From: Pyrinomonadaceae bacterium
GTDB lineage: Bacteria > Acidobacteriota > Blastocatellia > Pyrinomonadales > Pyrinomonadaceae
Length of the DNA: 64,000 bases
Reading direction: 5' to 3'
Assembly: GCA_039933315.1 (NCBI GenBank)
Contig: JBDTOI010000002.1
Span: 992 to 64,991, forward strand
Under the pieces are notes generated by a model. It saw only the letters and a list, made by a program, of their open reading frames with translations, ran no database searches and was not told the DNA's origin. The translations under genes were made by a program, and so were the position numbers. Every line of letters begins with the position of its first letter. Position 1 is the stretch's first letter. Below are positions 44,061 to 51,773 of this stretch, piece after piece.

Positions 44061-44069
44061 CCTCCTCCT

Positions 44070-45710
44070 TCAACGCGTAATCAATGCCTGAAACTTCTCC
44101 GTCTTAATCAACTCGTCTTTCACGGCATGGGCAATGATTTTGTACCCTTCAGCGTTGGTATGAAACCCGTCGGCCTGTAGATATAGTTTCCCAAACGTCT
44201 CGATCGGCCGGTAAGTTGCGCCCCCAGAAGAGGGGACAACAAAGTTACGCACCTTCGGTAGATCGAGGTTCTCCCACTTTCCCTCTGCGCCACTGTTTGT
44301 GTACATGTAAAAAATCTTCTGGCCGGGTGAAAACGTCGCGGTGAATGACCAGATGCTATCCCCGCCTTTTTGATCGCCATGCGTGCCGTCGTCAAACATG
44401 AACACTTTGTTCGGCACGTTGTCACCCAGTTGGGTATAAGGCCCGACAATAGACAATGCCTTTGGAACCGCAGCTCGATCCATCTGCACCCGAAAGACAA
44501 CTTCAACTGGGCCGCTCCCTGCAACAGGAGTCCATTGCAGACCTAACTTCTGCTCCATCTCAGCTTCGATTCGCTGCCGCTCATCGCCGATCAATTGGCA
44601 GCTATCAATCAGGGGGACCACTTCTTCTCGAGAAATCTTTTGCAGCGCTGTCTGGTAGGGACTGCCGGGGCGCAGCTCGTTATGCAGCAGGATGGGCGTT
44701 GCGCCGTATTCTCTTACCACCCGAATCATTTCGCGAATGTTCTGCTCGTAATCAGCGGGTGGCACCCTTACTCTTGCCTCAAGTTTCTGGTAATCGGCAG
44801 CTTCGAGCGCGTCGGCGCTGACCCACGACTCATAAATAAACTTGTCGTTGGGATCGCTGACAGCCTTGATGGTGTCGCCCATCGTTACCGACTGAAACTT
44901 CTTGAGCTGGCCCAGGTACATAGCCAACTTGTACAACTCGGAGTTCTGAGTAATGAACCGTCGCAAACTAAACCGCTTCTGCTTTGGCACAAAGACGTCA
45001 TTGTCATGCCAGCCTGAGATTGAAGCGTCATTCATTGAATAGCCGATTAGCACAATGTCCGGTTGCAATCCCAGAGCTTTTTGCCGCAAAAGCTTCAGGC
45101 CTTCGTGAGACGTGTAGGCCAACATCCCCAGGTTGAGCACTTCGAGGTTCCTGCCGGGAAGGTCGCGCCGGAGTAGTGCGCGCAATTGATTGGGATAAGT
45201 TTGATCGGACTCGACGTTGTGTCCGAAGGTCCAGGAATCGCCCAGCGCAATTATGCGAATCGTGTCCGCGGATTTGGTGGTCTGAAACTCGTTGTCTCTA
45301 AACCCGTCCGCGTTCAGCGAGATGGACCAGACCGGCTTATTTTTGAACTCTTCGGGGATTCCAGGACTGAACCGGCCCAGCAGCGCTTTGCGCTCCTCGT
45401 CCGACGGCATGGGACAAAACAGGTCCAGGTAAGTGCGCCGCGTATGCGGTCTGCCCCGGTGCATTAACTCATCGTCAAGATCCAGTATCCGCAAGCCGTC
45501 GGCCCACGGAGGCACCGCGCCGAAGTTCCGCACCATGTAAGGCAGCATCACATATTGGACGCGAGAATTTCTGATGCGATAAGCGACTCTGATCCCCACT
45601 TCCAACAGCAGGATGCAGATCAACGTGACGAGCGTCACGGGAAGAATTTTCCTGGTAACGATCCTCTGCAGTCGCTTTGGGAGCGATGGTTGGGAGTCAG
45701 GTGTAGGCAA
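44070..45710 (-). CDS. SGNH/GDSL hydrolase family protein with inserted beta-sandwich (CBM-like) module
   Basis: N-terminal TM. Block I 'IIALGDSWTFG'. Block V 'DGFHTNAEGY' near the C-terminus. In between, 'VEVVFRVQMD...LSIVGPYTQLGDN...IWSFTATFSPGQKIFYMY' resembles starch/glycan-binding modules. Confidence 0.7.
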   Translation of the reverse strand: MPTPDSQPSLPKRLQRIVTRKILPVTLVTLICILLLEVGIRVAYRIRNSRVQYVMLPYMVRNFGAVPPWADGLRILDLDDELMHRGRPHTRRTYLDLFCPMPSDEERKALLGRFSPGIPEEFKNKPVWSISLNADGFRDNEFQTTKSADTIRIIALGDSWTFGHNVESDQTYPNQLRALLRRDLPGRNLEVLNLGMLAYTSHEGLKLLRQKALGLQPDIVLIGYSMNDASISGWHDNDVFVPKQKRFSLRRFITQNSELYKLAMYLGQLKKFQSVTMGDTIKAVSDPNDKFIYESWVSADALEAADYQKLEARVRVPPADYEQNIREMIRVVREYGATPILLHNELRPGSPYQTALQKISREEVVPLIDSCQLIGDERQRIEAEMEQKLGLQWTPVAGSGPVEVVFRVQMDRAAVPKALSIVGPYTQLGDNVPNKVFMFDDGTHGDQKGGDSIWSFTATFSPGQKIFYMYTNSGAEGKWENLDLPKVRNFVVPSSGGATYRPIETFGKLYLQADGFHTNAEGYKIIAHAVKDELIKTEKFQALITR

Positions 45711-45807
45711 CTAAGCGGCGCTTCCAAAAACGATACATCTACTAAATCACACGAACCAGGCACGAGAGTTGGACTGCGGGTACTCCATCAAGCTCTACGT
45801 TCAAACT

Positions 45808-46902
45808 CTAGGCATTCGCTAAAGCGTCGAGAATGCGATCCGCGGTGTGTCCGTCCCACAGGGCCGGAATCTTGTACTCGCGAGTTCCCGATCCATCGAG
45901 CGCGGCAATCGCCGCCGCCAAAATCTTTTGCGGGTCAGTGCCCACCACCGTGTTCGTTCCGCTCTCGACAGTGATCGGTCGCTCGGTATTCTCGCGCAAC
46001 GTCAGGCAGGGAATGCCCAGCACCGTGGTTTCCTCCTGAATGCCGCCGGAATCCGTCAGTACCAGGCGCGCTCCGCTATAGAGACCAAGGAAGTCCAGAT
46101 AACCGAGCGGCTCAATGAAGTGCAGACCGCTACGTTCCACGCGCGCGGCAAAGCCAAACTCATCCAACATCTTCTTCGTCCGCGGGTGAACGGGAAAAAC
46201 GATTGGCAGGCGCCGGGCTATCTCTTCCAGCGCCCCGAGGATGCGCGCAAACGAGTCCGGGTTATCAACATTGGACGGCCGGTGCAGAGTTATAACGGCA
46301 TAATCCTTTCCGGCGACTTCAAGTTTTTCCCGGATGGTCGAGCCCTTCGCCTTAGCCAGATGTTTCAAGAGCGAGTCGATCATCACATTGCCAACCAGGC
46401 GGATTCGTTCCAATGGAATCCCTTCAGCCCGCAGGTTATCAACCGCATCCGATGAAGGCGCAAGCAAGAGGTCAGCGACCTGGTCTGTCAATATACGATT
46501 GATCTCTTCGGGCATCGAGCGGTCTCGACTGCGCAGGCCCGCTTCCACGTGCGCCACCTTCACTCCGAGCTTATTGGCTACCAGCGCGCAGGCTAGCGTG
46601 GAGTTCACGTCCCCGACAACCACCACCCAGTCTGGCTTCTCCCGAATCACGACGGGCTCAAAACGCTCCATCACCGCAGCTGTTTGGGCGGTAGGCGAGG
46701 CGGAGCCAACCTCCAGATGAATGTCCGGCGCCGCCAATTCGAGATCGCGGAAAAAGACGTCGGACATCAGCTCGTCGTAATGCTGGCCCGTATGAACAAC
46801 AAGCGGCGTGAACTCTCGCTCGCGCCGCTTCATGGCTTCGACGATGGGGGCCACCTTCATGACATTAGGCCGCGCCCCGACGACATTGATTACTTTGAGC
46901 AT
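45808..46902 (-). CDS. wecB: UDP-N-acetylglucosamine 2-epimerase (non-hydrolysing)
   Basis: 'MLKVINVVGARPNVMKVAPI', 'VHTGQHYD', 'VVVGDVNSTLA' and 'DSGGIQEE'. ATG at 46902 is preferred over the track start at 46935. Confidence 0.9.
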   Translation of the reverse strand: MLKVINVVGARPNVMKVAPIVEAMKRREREFTPLVVHTGQHYDELMSDVFFRDLELAAPDIHLEVGSASPTAQTAAVMERFEPVVIREKPDWVVVVGDVNSTLACALVANKLGVKVAHVEAGLRSRDRSMPEEINRILTDQVADLLLAPSSDAVDNLRAEGIPLERIRLVGNVMIDSLLKHLAKAKGSTIREKLEVAGKDYAVITLHRPSNVDNPDSFARILGALEEIARRLPIVFPVHPRTKKMLDEFGFAARVERSGLHFIEPLGYLDFLGLYSGARLVLTDSGGIQEETTVLGIPCLTLRENTERPITVESGTNTVVGTDPQKILAAAIAALDGSGTREYKIPALWDGHTADRILDALANA

Positions 46903-47087
46903 CGAACAAAGTGAAGGCGGATGATCTTGGGGCACTGACCCTGATTAAAATGGCAGTGCACAGCGTCTCTCACCTGTTCCCGCAGGTCAGCAAGACGATC
47001 AGCTTCAGTAAAGATTGAGACTCCAAGCGCGCGCGCAACGTAGCCTCCTTCGGGTGATTCTTCCACGTTAAAAATTAACTCATCCAT
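46890..47087 (-). CDS. small HicB-like fold protein (family often mis-annotated as 2-oxoisovalerate dehydrogenase E1)
   Basis: 'LIFNVEESPEGGYVARALGVSIFTEADRLADLREQVRDAVHCHF...PKIIRLHF' matches a widespread ~65-aa family as I recall it. It overlaps the wecB start by 13 nt. Confidence 0.55.
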   Translation of the reverse strand: MDELIFNVEESPEGGYVARALGVSIFTEADRLADLREQVRDAVHCHFNQGQCPKIIRLHFVRCSK

Positions 47088-47158
47088 GACGTTCTCACAG
47101 CATCTGACCTCAACCCATTCGCTTTGTACCTCGATGAAGGCGATCCGTTCTTAGCCAG

Positions 47159-48496
47159 CTACAATCGAATTATCCGCGCCCGGCTCTGGCGCCTCAGATC
47201 ACCGTTCAGAGCGTTGCGAGTATCCACCACCAGCGGCGCCAACTCCGTAATGCGTTGGTAATCAATCTGGCTGTGATTAGTAACGATGACGATACAGTCG
47301 GCGCTCTTAATCTCATCCTCAGTTAGTTCAACTGATCGCAAGGGCTCGCCGGGAGCTTCCGTGTGCGCCTCGTCAAACCTCACTTCATCGACAAACGGAT
47401 CATGGTAACGAACTTCAGCTCCCTTGCTGCGCAGGCGATCAATAATTGAAAGCGCCGGACTCTCGCGCACGTCATTGATGTCCTGCTTGTAGGCAACGCC
47501 CAGGAGCAAAACTCGCGAACCCTTCATCGCTTTCCGTTCGTCGTTCAATCCGTCCGAGATGAGCTGGATCACATGATCGGGCATACGCGAGTTAACTTCT
47601 TCCGCCAGGCTGATAAAGCGGGAATCAAAGCCGTGTTGCCGTGCTTTCCAGGAGAGATAATGTGGATCCAGCGGAATACAGTGACCGCCGATTCCCGGTC
47701 CCGGATAAAACGGCATGAAGCCAAAAGGTTTGGTAGCCGCCGCCCGTATGACTTCCCACGTATCGATGTTCAGCGCGTAACAGAGGCGCGCCATCTCATT
47801 CGCCATCCCGATATTCACGGCGCGAAAAGTGTTTTCCAGCAGTTTGGCCGTCTCGGCCACGCGCGCCGAACTTACGGCGTGAACGCTGTCAACAATTTGC
47901 GAGTAGAGATGCGCCGCCGCCGCCGTCGAATCATCCGTCACACCGCCCACGACTTTGGGAATGTTGTGCGTCTGGAATTGAGGATTGCCCGGATCAACTC
48001 GTTCCGGCGAGAAAGCCAGCAGGAAATCTTCGTCGAGTTTTAAACCCGTGTCAGCGAACATGGGCAGCAACACTTCATCCGTCGTGCCGGGGTAAGTAGT
48101 CGACTCCAGAATAATCAACTGCCCACGATGAAGACGTTTCGTAATCTCTTCCGCTGCGGCCAGAATGTATGAAACATCCGGCTCTTTGGTTTTTCGCAGA
48201 GGGGTGGGGACGCAGATAATGACCGCATCACACTCTTGCAGATGATCGAAATCCGTGGTCGCGCGTAGTCGTCCCGCTTCAACCAGTTCCTTTATCACTG
48301 CAGACGAAATGTCCCCGATGTAGGAATCGCCCGCGTTAATCCGGGCGGCCTTTTTGTCGTCAACTTCAAAACCGGTGCAGCTAAACCCGCTGCGCCCGAA
48401 TTCGGCCAGCAGCGGCAAGCCCACATAGCCCAGACCGATGACTCCGACATGGGCGCGTTTCTCAGTGATCAGCGAAATGATTTTGTCCTTGACCAT
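47159..48496 (-). CDS. wecC: nucleotide-sugar 6-dehydrogenase (UDP-ManNAc/UDP-GlcNAc dehydrogenase, WecC/WbpA-like)
   Basis: 'VGVIGLGYVGLPLL', catalytic 'GGHCIPLDP', and the UDPG_MGDP_dh C-terminal domain. Adjacent to wecB. Confidence 0.8.
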   Translation of the reverse strand: MVKDKIISLITEKRAHVGVIGLGYVGLPLLAEFGRSGFSCTGFEVDDKKAARINAGDSYIGDISSAVIKELVEAGRLRATTDFDHLQECDAVIICVPTPLRKTKEPDVSYILAAAEEITKRLHRGQLIILESTTYPGTTDEVLLPMFADTGLKLDEDFLLAFSPERVDPGNPQFQTHNIPKVVGGVTDDSTAAAAHLYSQIVDSVHAVSSARVAETAKLLENTFRAVNIGMANEMARLCYALNIDTWEVIRAAATKPFGFMPFYPGPGIGGHCIPLDPHYLSWKARQHGFDSRFISLAEEVNSRMPDHVIQLISDGLNDERKAMKGSRVLLLGVAYKQDINDVRESPALSIIDRLRSKGAEVRYHDPFVDEVRFDEAHTEAPGEPLRSVELTEDEIKSADCIVIVTNHSQIDYQRITELAPLVVDTRNALNGDLRRQSRARIIRL

Positions 48497-48517
48497 CTAA
48501 TCAGGTTTCCTCCGACA

Positions 48518-48877
48518 CTACTTCGCGGCTGGTTCGCACAGGTGAAAGAGATCTGCGCACGCGGTGAAAACTCTCATGTCAGGATTTTTCCGCACCCCGC
48601 CGCCCGGGTAATCCACATCGAATTGCGTGCCTGTCTGGTTATTAACGAGAAGAATGAAGTCCGAGCCATAGAAAGAATTTGACTGTGTTGCTTGCGGTAG
48701 CTCTACCGGCGGGAATACCGCGATTATCAAAGCATTTGGTTCGAGCAAGACTATTTGAGCGCGGCACGCACTGTCAAGGAGGCCTTTCCGCTGCCTTTCT
48801 TTGACCGCGAAGTATTGCCGGGCCCTATTTGCCGCCCGCTGTGAATTGATAGTCGAATAGCCCGCAGCAAAACTCAT
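48518..48877 (-). CDS. hypothetical protein
   Basis: 119-aa ORF ending 21 nt upstream of wecC on the same strand. No motif recognised, and coding status is uncertain. Confidence 0.35.
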   Translation of the reverse strand: MSFAAGYSTINSQRAANRARQYFAVKERQRKGLLDSACRAQIVLLEPNALIIAVFPPVELPQATQSNSFYGSDFILLVNNQTGTQFDVDYPGGGVRKNPDMRVFTACADLFHLCEPAAK

Positions 48878-49029
48878 TTGCCGCCAGGCCAGTTCGCCAG
48901 GTGCTCGACGTCAATGGATTGATTGCTGGGGAGGCGCGCGCGTCCGTTACGAGATGACGCGCGCGCATTAGCTGGTGCTTTTTACAGGAAAGGACTGATA
49001 TGCAGGCGAAATTGATGATCCGCGAGATA

Positions 49030-49695
49030 TCACGAACCTTCAGGCCGAGGGGCTGATCCGGGTGCGCGTCCCGGGGGAGGAGGACCGTCAGGCCCATGTC
49101 CAGGCCTTCCCCCAGGGCCATGGTCCGGGCCCCGACCTGGTTCGCCATCCGGATGTGGCGCCCATCTAATCGCCTGTAGTTTCTGCTGCTGCTCCAGCGT
49201 CAACTTATTCTTGATGCGAATAGCCATTCCGATGTGCAGCCGTTTGATTTCGCGTTCAGCATCGAGCACCTTTTCCAGTTGCGCCAATGCGGCCTGCTCA
49301 TTTATCGAATTGCTTTTCATGATCTCATGCATTGCTTCAACCGCGTCCTGCAACTGCCACTGCAGCTCGTTGAAGCGCGTAGTGGTCCTTTGAATCTCGC
49401 TGCGCATGAATATCTTTTGCTCGTCCGTCAGCCCGAGCTCGCGCGTGTGCTGCATGATCATCTCCGGCGGAAATATCGCTTCGCCCAGCGGATCCCGGGG
49501 CGGATGTGGCGCTTGAGCAGGTTGCGGCTGAGGCGCTGGTGCTGGCTGTTGTGCCGGTTGCATGGGTTCACCCGGCTGCGGGTGATGCGCCGGTTGCAGC
49601 TGCTGCGCGGATACCACCTGCAGACTCAGGAATGCTACGGCGATCAGGACTCCGAATAACGATTCAAACCTGTTCTTCATTTGATTCCTCCTCAA
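49030..49695 (-). CDS. periplasmic Spy/CpxP-family (LTXXQ motif) protein with P/Q-rich tails
   Basis: Signal peptide. 'LGLTDEQKIFM' and 'KLTLEQQQKLQ' LTXXQ motifs. 4-nt overlap with the anti-sigma ORF. Confidence 0.7.
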   Translation of the reverse strand: MRRNQMKNRFESLFGVLIAVAFLSLQVVSAQQLQPAHHPQPGEPMQPAQQPAPAPQPQPAQAPHPPRDPLGEAIFPPEMIMQHTRELGLTDEQKIFMRSEIQRTTTRFNELQWQLQDAVEAMHEIMKSNSINEQAALAQLEKVLDAEREIKRLHIGMAIRIKNKLTLEQQQKLQAIRWAPHPDGEPGRGPDHGPGGRPGHGPDGPPPPGRAPGSAPRPEGS

Positions 49696-50240
49696 TAGTT
49701 ATCGCGACTTGGCAGAAATGATCTTAGTTTGTTTACGCTTTCGTTTAGTTGCGGCAGCGAGCTAAGCACTTCATCCCCAGGTGACCGCAGGAACGTTATG
49801 GTCGGTGATTGCCAGTTTGAAATCGCCGCGGCATTTTGAATCTCAACTCGTCTGGCAGGCAGGATCGATGCCTTGCGGCGCGTGGGGAATCCGACCAGAC
49901 GCGGGCTGACTGGATGGTGCTGCCCAATCGTTGACAGGGGATTCGGTTGTTCGTGTTTCGTGGTTTGCGACGACCCGAGATTGGAATTCGCCGGCCCGGT
50001 AACGCCTGCCAGGATTAGCTGGTTTTGCTGCCGCCGGATCGACCATAGAGTCAGAGAGAAAAGGGTTACCAGCAGCACCGCCGATGCTACCAACCAGAGT
50101 TTGAATGCATTACGCGGTCCTGGAGTTCTCGACTCGGCACGGATCCACACGCTGGTGAATCGTGGAGTGATCTGCTGGTCTGCGAGCTTTAAGTCACAAA
50201 ACAGCGCCTGGATTTTCTTTTCTTCGCCAACCAATTCCAT
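49692..50240 (-). CDS. putative anti-sigma factor (single-pass membrane protein)
   Basis: Positioned immediately after the ECF sigma gene. One TM, 'FKLWLVASAVLLVTLFSLTLWSI'. The ATG at 50240 overlaps the sigma 3' end by 47 nt, so the start is uncertain. Confidence 0.5.
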   Translation of the reverse strand: MELVGEEKKIQALFCDLKLADQQITPRFTSVWIRAESRTPGPRNAFKLWLVASAVLLVTLFSLTLWSIRRQQNQLILAGVTGPANSNLGSSQTTKHEQPNPLSTIGQHHPVSPRLVGFPTRRKASILPARRVEIQNAAAISNWQSPTITFLRSPGDEVLSSLPQLNESVNKLRSFLPSRDNY

Positions 50241-50772
50241 AAGCAACTTCCGTCTGTGCCAGGGATTGCCGCAGGTGTTTCTTCCCGCGTTCGTAATGCT
50301 GCCGCACGCTGCCAATCGAGATGTGCATTACGTCGGCGGCTTCCCGCAAGCTCAGGTCTTCGTAAAAGACCAAATGCAGAACTTCACGCTGCCGCGCGGG
50401 CAATTGCTCCAGCGCGCTCTGAAACCGCAACTGCGCTTCGGATCTTTCAAAGGCCTTCGCGGGTTCCTCTGCAAAAGCGCTGCGCATGATCGTGGGATCC
50501 GGCACGGTGCTCAGTCTCAAGCCGCACAGCAGGCTCTTGCGGTGTTCACCTATGGCCGTCTTGCGAATCACCGCAAACAGCCACGTCTTGACGCTGGCTT
50601 CACCGCGGTAACGCGCTTTACCTTCCAGGATCTTCAAGTAGACCATCTGCAAAACCTCTTCGGCGGCTGCTCGATCCCACCGGCAACAACTCAGCGCCCA
50701 GCCGAAACTGGAGCCATGAAGCCTTTCCAGCTCGTCCTTCAGCTCCGAAATGTCCATCAGGTCTACGCTCAC
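50194..50772 (-). CDS. ECF-type RNA polymerase sigma-70 family factor
   Basis: Region 2 'VLQMVYLKILEG...VKTWLFAVIRKTAI'. Region 4 'LPARQREVLHLVFYEDLSLREAADVMHISIGSVRQHYERGKKHL'. Confidence 0.85.
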   Translation of the reverse strand: MSVDLMDISELKDELERLHGSSFGWALSCCRWDRAAAEEVLQMVYLKILEGKARYRGEASVKTWLFAVIRKTAIGEHRKSLLCGLRLSTVPDPTIMRSAFAEEPAKAFERSEAQLRFQSALEQLPARQREVLHLVFYEDLSLREAADVMHISIGSVRQHYERGKKHLRQSLAQTEVAYGIGWRRKENPGAVL

Positions 50773-50879
50773 GGATTTGCTCCGTGTTCAGAGTATTAGT
50801 CGTTTGAGAAAGCAATTCATATGACCCGGGAATCGGAAATGTTCGCCAAACTCCTTAAATGAACGCCGATCAATTTCCC

Positions 50880-51455
50880 TCAAGTAACAGATTCTGGATT
50901 GTGGCGGACACTCTGCCTGATCGCCCTTAGCATCAGGAGCCGAATAAGTCCGCTGAACGGGCGCACGAGCAGCCAGTAAGCGCGAAACTTGCGCCGGCTG
51001 GCAGCATCGCCACAAACAATACGCGTTTCGGTGGTAAGGATGCTGTGTGCCCCGGCAGTCTCTGCCACGGAAAAGTTCCAAACGGCGCGAGCTACACCCG
51101 GACGCACGGCCCCCTTAAAATCTTCTGCATTGAAAGGCAAGACATTTCCCACCAGGCGCCAGAATGGCCCGGTCACTCCGAGGACGATTTCGCGCGGTGG
51201 TTCTTCAGCCAGGATACCGAAACCGGCATTGACGAGGGTTCTAAGGGTTATCGCCGTATTGGCTCGTGGTTGGCGCGGGCCCCGCTGCAAAAAGAACTGC
51301 GGAAGCGAGCGTAGCAGCAGCAGGCCTTTGACGATCGCTGAGCCCCCGAGGTCGGCGGTCCGAACAGCCTGATAGACAGTCTCCTGATTCGCTCTGATCT
51401 TAATACTGTGCTTCTCGGCAAAGTGGGGAACGGGAAGGAATGAATCGATCAGCAT
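50880..51455 (-). CDS. SRPBCC/DUF2867-like hypothetical protein
   Basis: 'LPVPHFAEKHSIKIRANQETVYQAVRTADL' resembles the N-termini of SRPBCC-fold proteins. Weak assignment. Confidence 0.4.
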   Translation of the reverse strand: MLIDSFLPVPHFAEKHSIKIRANQETVYQAVRTADLGGSAIVKGLLLLRSLPQFFLQRGPRQPRANTAITLRTLVNAGFGILAEEPPREIVLGVTGPFWRLVGNVLPFNAEDFKGAVRPGVARAVWNFSVAETAGAHSILTTETRIVCGDAASRRKFRAYWLLVRPFSGLIRLLMLRAIRQSVRHNPESVT

Positions 51456-51468
51456 TAGAATCTCGAAC

Positions 51469-51487
51469 GCAAACTGTTAGTTTGCGG
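51469..51487. repeat. family-G palindrome CGCAAACT-GTT-AGTTTGCG
   Basis: Perfect 8+8 inverted repeat, 13 nt upstream of the ATG at 51455 and abutting repeat D2. Confidence 0.85.
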
Positions 51488-51490
51488 CTT

Positions 51491-51711
51491 TAGTCCGCGA
51501 AGCGGCCGAGTGAAAATAGCCCAGCACTTGAGTGCTGGGGTGTTTCGCAGAGTGGTGGCCACAGTCCGTGAAACGGACGGCTGCATTGCGATTCTTCGGT
51601 TCAACGACCAATGTTGTTCAGTCGTCCGTTTCACGGACTATCTACCAGACGGCTTGGCGAATCCCAGCACTGAAGTGCTGGGCTATTTTCATACGTCCAC
51701 TACGCGGACTA
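51491..51711. repeat. family-D MITE/REP-like element (copy D2)
   Basis: Arms at 51491-51539 and 51663-51711 with the same module order as D1. The stem of the CCCAGC.. hairpin differs from D1 by compensatory changes. Confidence 0.9.
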
Positions 51712-51773
51712 TTGAATTGCCTCTTGGGTAATGCCGCGACGGATCTTTGCCGGTAATTGAAACGAAACAGACC

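Noticed and set aside
46903-46935. Longer wecB start (track start 46935)
   Set aside because: WecB proteins start at the MxKVxxVxGARP motif. The ATG at 46902 gives exactly this, and the extension would overlap the small HicB-like gene further.
50773-50880. Autoregulatory ECF promoter upstream of the sigma gene
   Set aside because: The only GAAC-N16/18 candidates end in TCAT or overlap the start codon. None is comparable to the TGAAC-N16-CGTC at 63409.
51510-51756. Two overlapping plus-strand ORFs (73 and 74 aa)
   Set aside because: Both are translations of repeat D2.
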